A stretch of DNA of 64,000 nt. It comes from Cytophagales bacterium. Its GTDB lineage: Bacteria; Bacteroidota; Bacteroidia; Cytophagales; UBA9547. The stretch is taken from assembly GCA_046152935.1 (NCBI GenBank), contig JBJXGB010000222.1, positions 1,648-65,647 of the forward strand, written 5' to 3'. A model generated the notes under the pieces. The model searched no databases. It saw only the letters and a program-made list of their open reading frames with translations, and was not told where the DNA came from. A program made the position numbers and the translations under genes. Positions 39,502 through 49,927 of the stretch are shown one piece after another; position 1 is the first letter of the stretch, and every line of letters starts with the position of its first letter.

Positions 39502-41604
39502 CTACTCAATGCTTTTTATTACAAATTCAACCCTTCTGTTTTGGGCTTTGCCTTTGGCAGTTTTGTTTTCTGCCACTGGCTTAGTCGATCCATAGCCATT
39601 GAATATTACTTTGTCTTTATTTGCACCTTTACCCTCTAAGTATTGCTCTACTGCTCTCGCTCTCCATCGAGACAAAAGCAAATTTTTATCTGCTTTACCA
39701 ACATTATCTGTGTGTCCGCCAATTTCTACGAGTATTCCTGGATTGTCAGTTAAGAATTTAGCTAATTTGTCTAGCTCAGGAAATGATTTTGGATCTAATA
39801 TCGATTTGCCAGATTGGAAAAATATGTTGTTCATACGAATTGCAACACCAACTTCAATAGGTGCAATCACCAAATCTTTGAATATTTTAATACCACTTTT
39901 CTCGTTTTTAATATCTAAAGTTTCAAAAACTGGATAATAGCCAGTAGCTCTGGCATTGATCGTATAGGCATCTGATAAAGGAACTATAAGTTTATATTCA
40001 CCAGTCGCAGTGGTAACTTCAAAATTGGGATAGGGAATCTTATCCACTTGGATGATATAGGGCAAAATATTCGCCATTGGCTTAGAAGTTTTTTTATTAA
40101 ATACTTTACCAACAATGGTTGCCATGGCTACAGCAACTTTCTCCTCAATCTTTTCGCCATACAAATCTTGTGTTATCTCTTTATATTCATCCAGCAAAGT
40201 GAGATCAAGAGAATCGGCCTTGGTAAGGTATTTTGCGACTTTATATTGCAACACGTACTTTTTACCCCAAGGCAATTTTATTTCATAATTTGATTTTGAA
40301 GGATTTACTTTCGACTGATATGTAGTACTGTCTGCTACAACATTATCAATGTATAGTTTCACTTTATCTCCGTAAGGCACATAAGAACGGGTAGATGTAA
40401 TTAAGAAGTTTCCACTTATTTTGACGTAAGGCAAAGGCGTAAGGAATAAATCTTGTGATACTTCTATATATTCTTTGATATTGGTAGCATCATAAGTTGA
40501 AGTATCTGAAATCCAGTTGGTTAGTGAGGGAATAAATTTATAGATTTTACCAAATGGCAATCGAGCAGTATATTTAGATGAATCAAAATTGATCTTGATA
40601 GAGTCGGCAGGCAAGCCACTTATATTGATAGCATATTTTTTTGTTGGAGAAATAAGCTGATTGCTAAGTTTATTAAATATTTTCCCGGTAATTAATATAT
40701 AAGGATTTACCTCTTTTAGCTTAATTTTAAAAATGTCGGTTCCTCCTCTAGATTCACTGGACGAGACGTAATAGGCTTCTGTAAGTTTCGCATTTGGCTT
40801 GAAATACGATTCGTATTCTGGCGTATTTGCCAAACTTTCTAGCAATTTTGGTTCTTGCCACTCATCTGCATACTTAGACACCCGTTTTGCTACGTATATA
40901 TCGTAATTTCCATTTTGCTTTTTTGATGAAAAATACAAGATATTATTGTCTGCACCAGCTAAAAAAGGCGATTCTTCGCTATCATATAAGTCATAATTTT
41001 CAAAATATAATCTCTTAAATCTCGACCATCTTGAGCCTTCGTTTTCAGAAATATAAATATCTGTTCTTTTTTTGATGATTGATTTAGAGGCAGACATCAA
41101 TATATACTTCCCATCTGCACTTAAAGACGCATTGAAGGATTTTCCTCTCAATAAGGGATTCATGCCAGGAATCTTGATTTTCTTTGGATTTGTCCAATCT
41201 TCATCGCCTTTGTGGTACATAAATGAAAGACCTGGCTGATAGTAAGTGCCATTATTCTTGTATTTGCCAGACACCAAGATCTGTGTTCCATCTTGATTAA
41301 TGCCCAAAATACCATTATATCTGGTATCGTTCATTTTGACATCCATTCTCAAAGCGGGACCCCAAGTACCATCAGGTTGCAATTCTGAAAACCAAATATC
41401 TTGGCTATTTTTACCGCCATATTCATTTTCAGGATGATTAACCCTCAAAAAATATAAAATTTTACCGTCAGATGATATCACAGGGTTTATTTCACTGTAT
41501 ACAGAGTTCACATTATCTCCTAAGTTTTGGGGCTTAAAAGATTTTTGAGCCGCTATGTTGAAAATAAAGAAGAAAAAACCAATACAAAATGAAGCAACTC
41601 TCAT
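39502..41604 (-). CDS. OmpA-family envelope protein with N-terminal TolB-like (PD40) repeats and CarboxypepD_reg-like domains
   Basis: Signal peptide. PD40-like repeats (SEINPVISSDGKILYF, SLSADGKYILMS). Two Ig-like regulatory-type domains (ITGKIFNK..., IVGKVFNKKTSKP...). C-terminal OmpA domain (VEIGGHTDNVG...LSRWRARAVEQYL...NRRVEFVI). Confidence 0.8.
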   Translation of the reverse strand: MRVASFCIGFFFFIFNIAAQKSFKPQNLGDNVNSVYSEINPVISSDGKILYFLRVNHPENEYGGKNSQDIWFSELQPDGTWGPALRMDVKMNDTRYNGILGINQDGTQILVSGKYKNNGTYYQPGLSFMYHKGDEDWTNPKKIKIPGMNPLLRGKSFNASLSADGKYILMSASKSIIKKRTDIYISENEGSRWSRFKRLYFENYDLYDSEESPFLAGADNNILYFSSKKQNGNYDIYVAKRVSKYADEWQEPKLLESLANTPEYESYFKPNAKLTEAYYVSSSESRGGTDIFKIKLKEVNPYILITGKIFNKLSNQLISPTKKYAINISGLPADSIKINFDSSKYTARLPFGKIYKFIPSLTNWISDTSTYDATNIKEYIEVSQDLFLTPLPYVKISGNFLITSTRSYVPYGDKVKLYIDNVVADSTTYQSKVNPSKSNYEIKLPWGKKYVLQYKVAKYLTKADSLDLTLLDEYKEITQDLYGEKIEEKVAVAMATIVGKVFNKKTSKPMANILPYIIQVDKIPYPNFEVTTATGEYKLIVPLSDAYTINARATGYYPVFETLDIKNEKSGIKIFKDLVIAPIEVGVAIRMNNIFFQSGKSILDPKSFPELDKLAKFLTDNPGILVEIGGHTDNVGKADKNLLLSRWRARAVEQYLEGKGANKDKVIFNGYGSTKPVAENKTAKGKAQNRRVEFVIKSIE

Positions 41605-41707
41605 CTATGTGAATATTTTTAAGTGACAATTAAATATCAAATGCTATTGATAGGTTGTTAAATTTTTCGAGTGTGAATCAAACCATTCAAAGCAAACTAG
41701 TATTTTT

Positions 41708-43102
41708 TTAATAATTAAAACTTTGTTTTTTGGGGCTTAATATTTTCCCAAAAACCAAGTTCATACCTACCCGTATATTGAACATTTTTGCATCGTAAGG
41801 CAGAGCAACTGGAATTTTCTGGCCAGCAAATTCCTCCAAATTGTAGCGAGTCGCAAAAATATTGTCGCTTACTACATATATCTGAAATGGACCAGGTTTC
41901 AATACTATTCCACCACCGAAAGTAATATTTTCATATTGATAAGTAGAAGAAAGTATTACGCTCAAAATTCTGCCAAACTTATATTGAGCACCCAAAGTTA
42001 ACGCTGCTCTCCATTCAATATATCTTTCCAATTTCAACATGGCAGATACATTAAATCTGTTTGTGACTTTATAATTGGCAGAAAAATACAGCCTTGGAGT
42101 GAGCCAAGTACGAAAACTAGTTCGCTTGGCGGTTGTATCTGTTCCAGTACTAAAATAGGTCGATAAAGAATCTGCAAAATCTACGTTCTCTAAACTATCG
42201 CCTCTAATAATTGGGCCAAATGCATCGATACCTGTAAACGGCCCTTTAGTTTGGCTTTGAGAATACTTTGTATTTTCAATATCGTTTTTCCAATCTATAA
42301 ACCCAATGTTGCTTGCTGAAAAGCCAAGAAAGAATCGCTCTCTAAGCTTATAACTCAAGCCCAAATCGACAGACCCACCCAAATTATTGAATTGCGCTGC
42401 TAATTGTGAAGGGTCATTCGAGATTGCATTGATACCCGAAGTATTGACAGTAGCCGAACTCGATAACGAAATAGCTTCGGAAGTCACCCCGATTTTCAGA
42501 TTGTCAGAGTAAACATTAACAGCGGCAATACCTTGCAATAAATTGAATCGGCCACCAATATTGAAATTCTTAAACATTTTATTCAACCCTATAGAATAAT
42601 GGTTGTACGACAGTATTTGCGTGTTTAAAGTTGAAAAATCAAATAATCTGCCTGCTTCCGAGCCTTGCTCCGACCATTGAAAAGTAGCAAATTGAAATAC
42701 CGATTGCGGTATATTTAAGTTAATATCTGTCGTATTTCCAGCATCAAATGAAAGAAAAGAGTTTCTCCACTTTAATCTCAAATGAAAAAAATCGATTTGG
42801 TTGCCGATATGTAGATAATTGTTGCTCGGCATACTGTTTACAAACTTATTTACATTGAAAACAGTAACACCATTTTGTTTTTCAAAACCTGTGGTGGGCA
42901 GAAAGCCAGTATTTATGAAGCCAACTTTGAATGATGAGATGATTGGCAAGCCGATACTTACTTTGTGATCGGGCACAGCTGTAGGAATGTAGTAGCTCGA
43001 TTGGTACACATGCTCCATCATGGGCAGTGTCATTTCGCCTTGCGAGAATGCAGCGAGGCTGACGAAACTAAAAATTACGGTTAGAATTTTTTTCACAGGC
43101 AA
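41708..43102 (-). CDS. predicted outer-membrane beta-barrel protein, family unassigned
   Basis: Signal peptide (KKILTVIFSFVSLAAFSQ). Alternating hydrophobic beta-strand pattern throughout. No ATG start: TTG at 43102 or GTG at 43096. I could not match it confidently to PorP/SprF. Confidence 0.5.
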   Translation of the reverse strand: MPVKKILTVIFSFVSLAAFSQGEMTLPMMEHVYQSSYYIPTAVPDHKVSIGLPIISSFKVGFINTGFLPTTGFEKQNGVTVFNVNKFVNSMPSNNYLHIGNQIDFFHLRLKWRNSFLSFDAGNTTDINLNIPQSVFQFATFQWSEQGSEAGRLFDFSTLNTQILSYNHYSIGLNKMFKNFNIGGRFNLLQGIAAVNVYSDNLKIGVTSEAISLSSSATVNTSGINAISNDPSQLAAQFNNLGGSVDLGLSYKLRERFFLGFSASNIGFIDWKNDIENTKYSQSQTKGPFTGIDAFGPIIRGDSLENVDFADSLSTYFSTGTDTTAKRTSFRTWLTPRLYFSANYKVTNRFNVSAMLKLERYIEWRAALTLGAQYKFGRILSVILSSTYQYENITFGGGIVLKPGPFQIYVVSDNIFATRYNLEEFAGQKIPVALPYDAKMFNIRVGMNLVFGKILSPKKQSFNY

Positions 43103-43205
43103 GTATTTTATATTTCAATTATTTTGATTTGAAATTGGTTTTTATAGGTCTTTGCATATTTTACAAGTAATTGATCTTCAATATCTTACATATCAAAATA
43201 CCAAC

Positions 43206-44888
43206 TTAATCAGTAAATGTAAATTCGCCACTACCCTCTCCGTAGAAATTTATTTTTACATTCAACTTGTTTGTTGGGTAGAATTTTACAGATTTTGGCG
43301 TAGCATCATTGGCACCTTTAGTGCCGAACAAACCTGTTATTCTGATGGATTTACAACGATTTCTGAGATCTTCAAATTGTAGGCGATCTAAAGCCAATCT
43401 ATTTTTGGTAGTAACTGCCGTCTGTACGCTACCTTGTGCGTCTACATTCGCGCCATTGATGGTAACATTTGTGCCCAGACTTGGTATTGCAACACTATCT
43501 GCGTCCAAAAACTCCAACTTTGCAAGAATATCAAGTGGAAATTTATTTTCAAAATTAAAGTTTATGACAGATTTATTAATACTTGTACTGTAGTTCTGAC
43601 CAGACGAGCTGGTGTTAAGCGTTGAAAAATCTGGTGCTGTAAGGATGCTTTTTATTCTAAAATCTTTCAGATAGCCATTTAAAGGTAGCTTCAGTATTGT
43701 CTCTGTTTTTATTCTGCTGGTTGATAAAATAAAGTCGCTATTGTAATCTGTGTTCGCACCTGAAATAGATAAAATGATACCAAAGGAAATATAATTAGGA
43801 CCTTTGTTCAACAAGTCTTTTAGAATCTCTTCGCTCACATTTTCGGTAGATTTGGAGGGGAAACCTGCAAGATTCACCTCTGGATCTGTGGGCTTCAAAA
43901 TTGAAAACGGCTTATTATCGGGCGAATTCGACCTATCGGAAAGCAATACCGAATCTTTGTCGTAAGCTACTAATGGATTGAGAATGAGCTTTGCAGGAAT
44001 GCCGAAATAATTTTCGAACCTTATTTCCATTGTAGGATTCTCGAAAAAAACCGTGCCAGTACCTGTGCTGTTATCCGAACTATTGAACGCCCTGATGCCC
44101 AAACCATTTACATCTAGTTGATCGTCACCTAATGGCAAGGCCAAATCGCCAATTTTACCATCAATTCTTGACCATTTCAAATCTTTAAGACCAAAAAAGT
44201 TTAAAGTTAGCTGTCCAAATGCGTTTGGTACTGTCACAGCATTATTTACAGAAACAGCCAATCGTACGTCTATTTTGTTGCTACCTGCCAATACCAATTT
44301 GTAATTTTGTAGATTTTGGGTCTTTTTTACCTGCAAGCCTACACTTAATTGATAATCTAACACAAGGGCTGCATTGGTAGTTTTATCTACAATATTGGTA
44401 AATGTAACACTGACATTTACCGTATTTGAAAGTGAAGATGCCATTTCCAATTCTAGCTCGCCACCTGACAGTATTATTTGCCTTATGGTAGCATTGCTCA
44501 GCACACTATCGCCTTGAGCCAAATCTATCGGAATAGAAGCATCGATGGTCGGCAAGGTTTGTGGGCCGTTGGCAATCGGAAAACTACCCACGTTATTGAG
44601 CGCTATATCATTTTCGGCAATATTAATGATAGAACCTAACTCTGTGAATTCAAATGACTTAGGACCCAAATTCATCACATAATAGCCACCAACTTCATCA
44701 ACTGCAATTGTTAGAAGGCTGTCTGCGGGATTTTTTAAATCGCTAAATGCTATATCAGAATCTATTAACGGCAAGCCCCCACCAGCGCTGCTGATAACTA
44801 TTTTCTCAGGGCTTTCCAATTCTTTTACACAACCAGAAATGAAGTTTATTAAAAGCAGGCAAACTATTATGGGTGTATATTTTTTCAT
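43206..44888 (-). CDS. hypothetical lipoprotein
   Basis: Lipoprotein signal MKKYTPIIVCLLLINFISGC. 560 aa, beta-rich and N/S/T-rich. No recognised domain. Confidence 0.6.
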   Translation of the reverse strand: MKKYTPIIVCLLLINFISGCVKELESPEKIVISSAGGGLPLIDSDIAFSDLKNPADSLLTIAVDEVGGYYVMNLGPKSFEFTELGSIINIAENDIALNNVGSFPIANGPQTLPTIDASIPIDLAQGDSVLSNATIRQIILSGGELELEMASSLSNTVNVSVTFTNIVDKTTNAALVLDYQLSVGLQVKKTQNLQNYKLVLAGSNKIDVRLAVSVNNAVTVPNAFGQLTLNFFGLKDLKWSRIDGKIGDLALPLGDDQLDVNGLGIRAFNSSDNSTGTGTVFFENPTMEIRFENYFGIPAKLILNPLVAYDKDSVLLSDRSNSPDNKPFSILKPTDPEVNLAGFPSKSTENVSEEILKDLLNKGPNYISFGIILSISGANTDYNSDFILSTSRIKTETILKLPLNGYLKDFRIKSILTAPDFSTLNTSSSGQNYSTSINKSVINFNFENKFPLDILAKLEFLDADSVAIPSLGTNVTINGANVDAQGSVQTAVTTKNRLALDRLQFEDLRNRCKSIRITGLFGTKGANDATPKSVKFYPTNKLNVKINFYGEGSGEFTFTD

Positions 44889-45047
44889 TTGGTAAAGTTT
44901 ATAATTAAATAGTCCATATCCTTCAATGAGAAAAACTACGAAATATGATTATTAAATCTAGTAAAAACTGAATATAAACACAATTTTAATTAATTGCGAT
45001 TCAAAACCAACTTATTTATGTCAATCAAATGATTTATTAATGATTTA

Positions 45048-47102
45048 TTAACCTTGACCCAAAAATTTGCGCATAAACCACTCTGTGGCCACTAGGCAGA
45101 TCAAAACGAGAAGCAATATTTTGAAATTTATCACCTCTTCGTTGCTCTCTATTTGATAAACTTTATTGTTCGAGCCTAAGCCCTCAAAATCAACTGCTAA
45201 ATTTTTCATTTGCCTGAAATCGTAATGCTTTGCATTTGTTTTATTGGCTATATTTCTCAACAATTCAAAATCGGCAATTTTAGTGTTGCTTTCCAAATCG
45301 AGATCTTGAATGCTAAATTCTCCTTTTATGCTGAGTTCTTTGCCAGATAAAATGGTCTTGCAAGTGTAGGTGTACAGCCCAGCCTTCAAACCAGTAAGTT
45401 CGAAATTGGGATTGCTGACAGAATTGCTAAATTTGAAATTAAGTATTTTTTTGCTTTCGTCTTTTAAAGTGAGATCAAAGTTTTGGTCGAAAATAGGCTG
45501 GTAAATATCGTTGTAAGTTTCTATTTTGAACACTACAGGTACGTTTTGCTCATATCTCTTCTCGGTGGTATTGCATCTGAACTTCCTTTTGTCTGTCTTT
45601 TGGGCAAGTAAGGTGCTTACTTTCTTTATAAAATCATCAAATACAACCGTGTTTTTGTTTTCGGCAAACTCATTCATGCGCCATTGCCATATTCCTTCGC
45701 CAAAAAACACGCCATATTTTTTGCCCTCCTCTACAAAGATGGCAAGCAATGGTTTTTCAGTTGCAATTGTACCCACTTTTTGTTTCAGAATAATATTCCA
45801 GCCCGATCCAAGATTGTATTCGCCAAAAGGCACCACCAGAGGCGGGCTTTTATCTAAAAACGAAGCCAAACCCTGATCGAAATTCAAACTGGTGTATGAA
45901 GGATTTAATATGGCCGAAACTTTGTCGAACTGGCCAGCGGGCGATAAAATTTTGACATTGGGAATTTGCAAGTTAGCCGTTTGCAAATTGGTATTACTCC
46001 CCACTATATAAAGGATTGGTGTGTTGCTTTTTTCAAAAGAATTTAAAATTGCGTTGAACGAACCAGCGAGACCAGGCAACTGATAGGCTATTATCAAATC
46101 GAAATTGTCGTTTTTAAACTGATTTATGCCTTCGATAAATGATTGAATTTCAACATTTTCTCCATTATTTAACGAAGACATAATCGCCTTGATATCGGGA
46201 TGAGGTGCAGCAGCCAAAAGTGCAATTTTTTGTTTGGCTTCGATCACGTCAAAATAAATGTCTTTTTGATTGTTTTTAATCGAAAATTCGCCTTTGATGG
46301 CATCGGCAACGATGGTGTAGTGCTTCAAACCTGCTTCATTTTCAATATTTTCAAAAGCCAAAGCGACTGAATATTCATCATTCACAATATTGATAGTTTG
46401 CGTGTTTATCTTTTTTTTCTCAGCATAAATAGAAACCGAAGCCCTTTTTCCCTTCAAATTATATGCTTTGATCTCAATATTTATGGGGAATTTATTGCCT
46501 TTGCCCACAATATTGTTGAAAACACAATTTTTGACAACCAAATCTTTTGGCTTTGTGGTATCGCCAATGCCCACTGTAAATACTGGACAATTGAAAGTAT
46601 TGAACAATGGAGAAGTGCCCTTATTTACAATCCCATCTGTAAAAAGTACAACGCCCTTTAAATCGCTAGATTCGAGGCTATTATCCACAAAACTAAAAAG
46701 TGAAGATATATCAGTTTCGGCTTTGTCAAATTTCAAATCTTTGAGCAAAGTACCTGAAAATAAGCCATCTAAGGTGAAAATTTTAACATCAAATCTGTCA
46801 CCCAATTGGTCTCTAATCTTTTCAATATTGGCTATAAACACCTCTGAATTAGCTTCTAAGGCGTCTTTTACCGAGGTAGAATTGTCTAAGGCGATGACAA
46901 AAGTAGATTTTTCGGTAACGATACTCTTCGATTTGATAAATGGCGTGAGCAACATAAACACCATGATCGAAACGGTGAAAAAGCGAAGTGTCGCCATCGC
47001 AATATTGGTTCTGGTACTCCAAGACGATTGTTTATGATACAGTAAAAAAGCAAAAACGAAGCCCGAAAAAACAGAAATGGCAATGATAACAAACGTATTC
47101 AA
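45048..47102 (-). CDS. membrane-anchored von Willebrand factor A (VWA) domain protein (BatA-like N-terminal double TM)
   Basis: Two N-terminal TM helices. MIDAS-type motif VIALDNSTS and VVLFTDGIVNKG. C-terminal TM anchor ending ...ATEWFMRKFLGQG. TTG start. Confidence 0.6.
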   Translation of the reverse strand: MNTFVIIAISVFSGFVFAFLLYHKQSSWSTRTNIAMATLRFFTVSIMVFMLLTPFIKSKSIVTEKSTFVIALDNSTSVKDALEANSEVFIANIEKIRDQLGDRFDVKIFTLDGLFSGTLLKDLKFDKAETDISSLFSFVDNSLESSDLKGVVLFTDGIVNKGTSPLFNTFNCPVFTVGIGDTTKPKDLVVKNCVFNNIVGKGNKFPINIEIKAYNLKGKRASVSIYAEKKKINTQTINIVNDEYSVALAFENIENEAGLKHYTIVADAIKGEFSIKNNQKDIYFDVIEAKQKIALLAAAPHPDIKAIMSSLNNGENVEIQSFIEGINQFKNDNFDLIIAYQLPGLAGSFNAILNSFEKSNTPILYIVGSNTNLQTANLQIPNVKILSPAGQFDKVSAILNPSYTSLNFDQGLASFLDKSPPLVVPFGEYNLGSGWNIILKQKVGTIATEKPLLAIFVEEGKKYGVFFGEGIWQWRMNEFAENKNTVVFDDFIKKVSTLLAQKTDKRKFRCNTTEKRYEQNVPVVFKIETYNDIYQPIFDQNFDLTLKDESKKILNFKFSNSVSNPNFELTGLKAGLYTYTCKTILSGKELSIKGEFSIQDLDLESNTKIADFELLRNIANKTNAKHYDFRQMKNLAVDFEGLGSNNKVYQIESNEEVINFKILLLVLICLVATEWFMRKFLGQG

Positions 47103-47707
47103 AAGCTGGATTTGATAAGATAATAATTACAATATTCGATAATTAAAGCTGCAAACACACAAGTTTGACATAAAAAATACCTGCAATTAAAAAGGGAGGA
47201 AAAAAACGAATATTATTTCGTCAAAAAAAACCAAATAATATATTGCCCCAAAGCAGCAACGAATTAAAAATAAAAATTTTATTGCTTATTATTGTAATTA
47301 TCAAAATTATATTCCAATTTTGACATATATATTAACACTATTCAGAACAATATTCTGAGACCAAACTAAATCTAAGCAAAAATGAAGCCTAGTTCTGCAC
47401 CTTATTTTCTTGTGGGCATTTCAAAAAATCTCAATTCCACCCTAACCCTCCCCCACGGTGAGAGTTAGCGTTGGGTTTGTATAATAATTTTTGAGGTTTT
47501 TAGAGATACCCTTCCGAAAGTTTACGATCATTAAGGTATTTTTGTCGGCTTACTTATCGAGTTTCAAGTTCTACAACGAGTTGCGGTGGCAACGCTTTCT
47601 TTTATGATCAAATCACATAAATGTAGCTAGACTAATTTACGTTACGTGTGATTTGACTTTTGTGGAATTATGTATACTTTTAGAACAACTACACTTAATT
47701 GATCTAC

Positions 47708-48892
47708 ATGACAGAGTTGCTACGATTAAAATTAGAAGTAAACGACAAATTTCAACAGCATTACAACAAGGCACCACAATTTGTGTCTGCGGCTCCAGGC
47801 CGAATCAACATTATTGGCGAACATACCGATTATAATTTTGGCCTGGCACTGCCCGCAGCCATCAATCGTTGGGTAATTATCAGCATGGCCTTTCGCGAAG
47901 ACAGCGAGATACATATTCATTCAGAAAATTATGGCTCTCAGATGGTTTTTATTCCAAACAATCCATTTACAGAAACGGAAAGCTGGACCAAATACATACA
48001 CGGAGCACTTGATATATTTGCCAAAAAAGACAAACTCAATCGAGGCTTCGATGCCCTTATTTGGGGCAATGTGCCACTTGGGGCAGGTGTTTCATCGTCT
48101 GCTGCTATCGAAGTAGCGATGATGAATTTGCTACGAACGAGCTTCCAAGCTACTTTTGACGACATTACCCTGGTAAAAAACTGCCAAAAGATCGAACATG
48201 AATATTTAAAAGTGAAATCAGGATTGTTGGATCAATACGCTTCACAATTCTCGAAAGAAGGCAAATTGATGGTGCTGGATTTTAAGTCGCTTACCCACGA
48301 ATATGTAGATGCCGACATGGGCGATTGGTGCTGGATATTGGCAAATACAAAAGTAAAAAGAGAGTTGGCCGGCAGTAAATATTCTGAAAGAGTAGTAGAA
48401 ACGCAGATGGGGCTAAATCAATTGAGTAATACCAATACCCAGATTGAAGGTTTTAGAGATGTCACCGTCAATGATCTTGGATCGATTACCGACCTTGTCA
48501 ATAGAAAAAGACTGAAACATTTGGTGTACGAAAACATTCGTGTATACAATACAGCCCAAGCATTCAAACTGAAAGACATGGAAAAAATAGGCGAATTGCT
48601 ACTCGAAAGCCATTATTCACTCAAAAACGACTATGAAGTAAGTTGCAAAGAATTAGACTTTTTAGTTGAAACGGGCAAAAAAGTGAAAGGCTGGGCCGGT
48701 GGACGAATGATGGGTGGTGGCTTTGGGGGCTGCACTATCAATTTGGTAAAAAAAGAGGCTATCGATTCCTTTTCTGAAACGATACTAAAGGAATACAACT
48801 TGAAATTTGGAATTGAAGCTGAATTGTACATTTTTGATACTGCAGCTGGTGCAAAGTGCGATGTTTTGCAGCCATACGCTTCAAGGGTTTGA
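47708..48892 (+). CDS. galK: galactokinase
   Basis: Galactokinase signature APGRINIIGEHTDYN and GHMP kinase motif PLGAGVSSSAA. ATG at 47708 is preferred over the TTG at 47699. Confidence 0.92.
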   Translation: MTELLRLKLEVNDKFQQHYNKAPQFVSAAPGRINIIGEHTDYNFGLALPAAINRWVIISMAFREDSEIHIHSENYGSQMVFIPNNPFTETESWTKYIHGALDIFAKKDKLNRGFDALIWGNVPLGAGVSSSAAIEVAMMNLLRTSFQATFDDITLVKNCQKIEHEYLKVKSGLLDQYASQFSKEGKLMVLDFKSLTHEYVDADMGDWCWILANTKVKRELAGSKYSERVVETQMGLNQLSNTNTQIEGFRDVTVNDLGSITDLVNRKRLKHLVYENIRVYNTAQAFKLKDMEKIGELLLESHYSLKNDYEVSCKELDFLVETGKKVKGWAGGRMMGGGFGGCTINLVKKEAIDSFSETILKEYNLKFGIEAELYIFDTAAGAKCDVLQPYASRV

Positions 48893-48923
48893 AACCCTTA
48901 AACCGTTAGAGATGGCTAGCAAT

Positions 48924-49913
48924 TTATTGTGTCTCCAATATCTTGAAAAGTTCGTCTAATTTTGGTGTGAGAATGATTTCTGTTCTTCGATTTTTTTGGC
49001 GAATTTCAGCCGACTTGCCATCGACAATTGGTAAAAATTCTGCCTTTCCAGCAGGCGTTATTTTTTGAGGTTTTACGCCTTCGGCAATTAATATTCTGGT
49101 AATATCGGTAGCGCGCAGCACACTCAAATCCCAATTATCTCTAAAAGCTGCATTGGTATTTTTGGCTACAGGCACATCATCGGTATGGCCTTCGATCATC
49201 ACATTTACTTCGGGCTGATTTTTCAAAACGCTTCCCAATTTACGCAGTGCTTCTTCGCCTTTTTTATCTACCGAAGTGCTACCAGAGCCGAAAAGAAGCT
49301 TTTCTGAGAGAGAAACATAAACCTTGCCATTTTTTACATTCACAGTAAGCCCATTGTCTTTAAATGAAAGCAGGGCATCGGTAACGCTATTTCTCAACGC
49401 CAAAACGGCACTGTCTTTTTGAGCCATTATTTGCTGCAAATCTTTTAATTTCGACTCTCGCTCTTTCAAATCTGTCAGCAATTTATCATTAGTCGACTTG
49501 GTGAGCATCAGCGATTTTTCCAAATCCAACAGTTGTTGCTCCTTTCTTGCCAAATTTGACGACATTTGGTTCGATTCGGCCGAATAATTGGCAAGCAAGT
49601 CTTTGTAATCTTTACGTAGTCTGTCGCCAGTGGCAGTTTGTTCTTCGAGCAGCTTTTGAATTCGAGAAATATTATCGGCTTTCAAAGTAGTATCCAGCAT
49701 CAATTCTTTTGCGATATTGTAGAGATTGACTATCTGTTCGGATTTAGTTTTGTTCAATGTTTTGTTGGCGTTCAAGCTATCTTGGCATTCAGAAAAATCG
49801 GCATCTAATCGCAGTTTTTTGGCAAGTAACTCATTGTGCTTTTTGCTTGAAACACAAGAACTGAAGACAATTACAAAGCCAAGAATGCCTGTTAATATTT
49901 TGATACTTTTCAT
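48924..49913 (-). CDS. OmpA/MotB-domain lipoprotein with long coiled-coil region
   Basis: Lipobox VFSSC, a ~180-aa coiled coil, and a C-terminal OmpA-like domain (IEGHTDDVP...NWDLSVLRATDITRIL...NRRTEIIL). Confidence 0.8.
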   Translation of the reverse strand: MKSIKILTGILGFVIVFSSCVSSKKHNELLAKKLRLDADFSECQDSLNANKTLNKTKSEQIVNLYNIAKELMLDTTLKADNISRIQKLLEEQTATGDRLRKDYKDLLANYSAESNQMSSNLARKEQQLLDLEKSLMLTKSTNDKLLTDLKERESKLKDLQQIMAQKDSAVLALRNSVTDALLSFKDNGLTVNVKNGKVYVSLSEKLLFGSGSTSVDKKGEEALRKLGSVLKNQPEVNVMIEGHTDDVPVAKNTNAAFRDNWDLSVLRATDITRILIAEGVKPQKITPAGKAEFLPIVDGKSAEIRQKNRRTEIILTPKLDELFKILETQ

Positions 49914-49927
49914 GTTGTTATTAAATG

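Noticed and set aside
43206-44888. Considered the 560-aa lipoprotein as a T9SS type-B-CTD cargo of the downstream barrel and OmpA pair.
   Set aside because: Its C-terminus (...KFYPTNKLNVKINFYGEGSGEFTFTD) does not resemble the gliding-motility-associated C-terminal domain pattern as I remember it. It also has a lipoprotein rather than a plain secretory signal.
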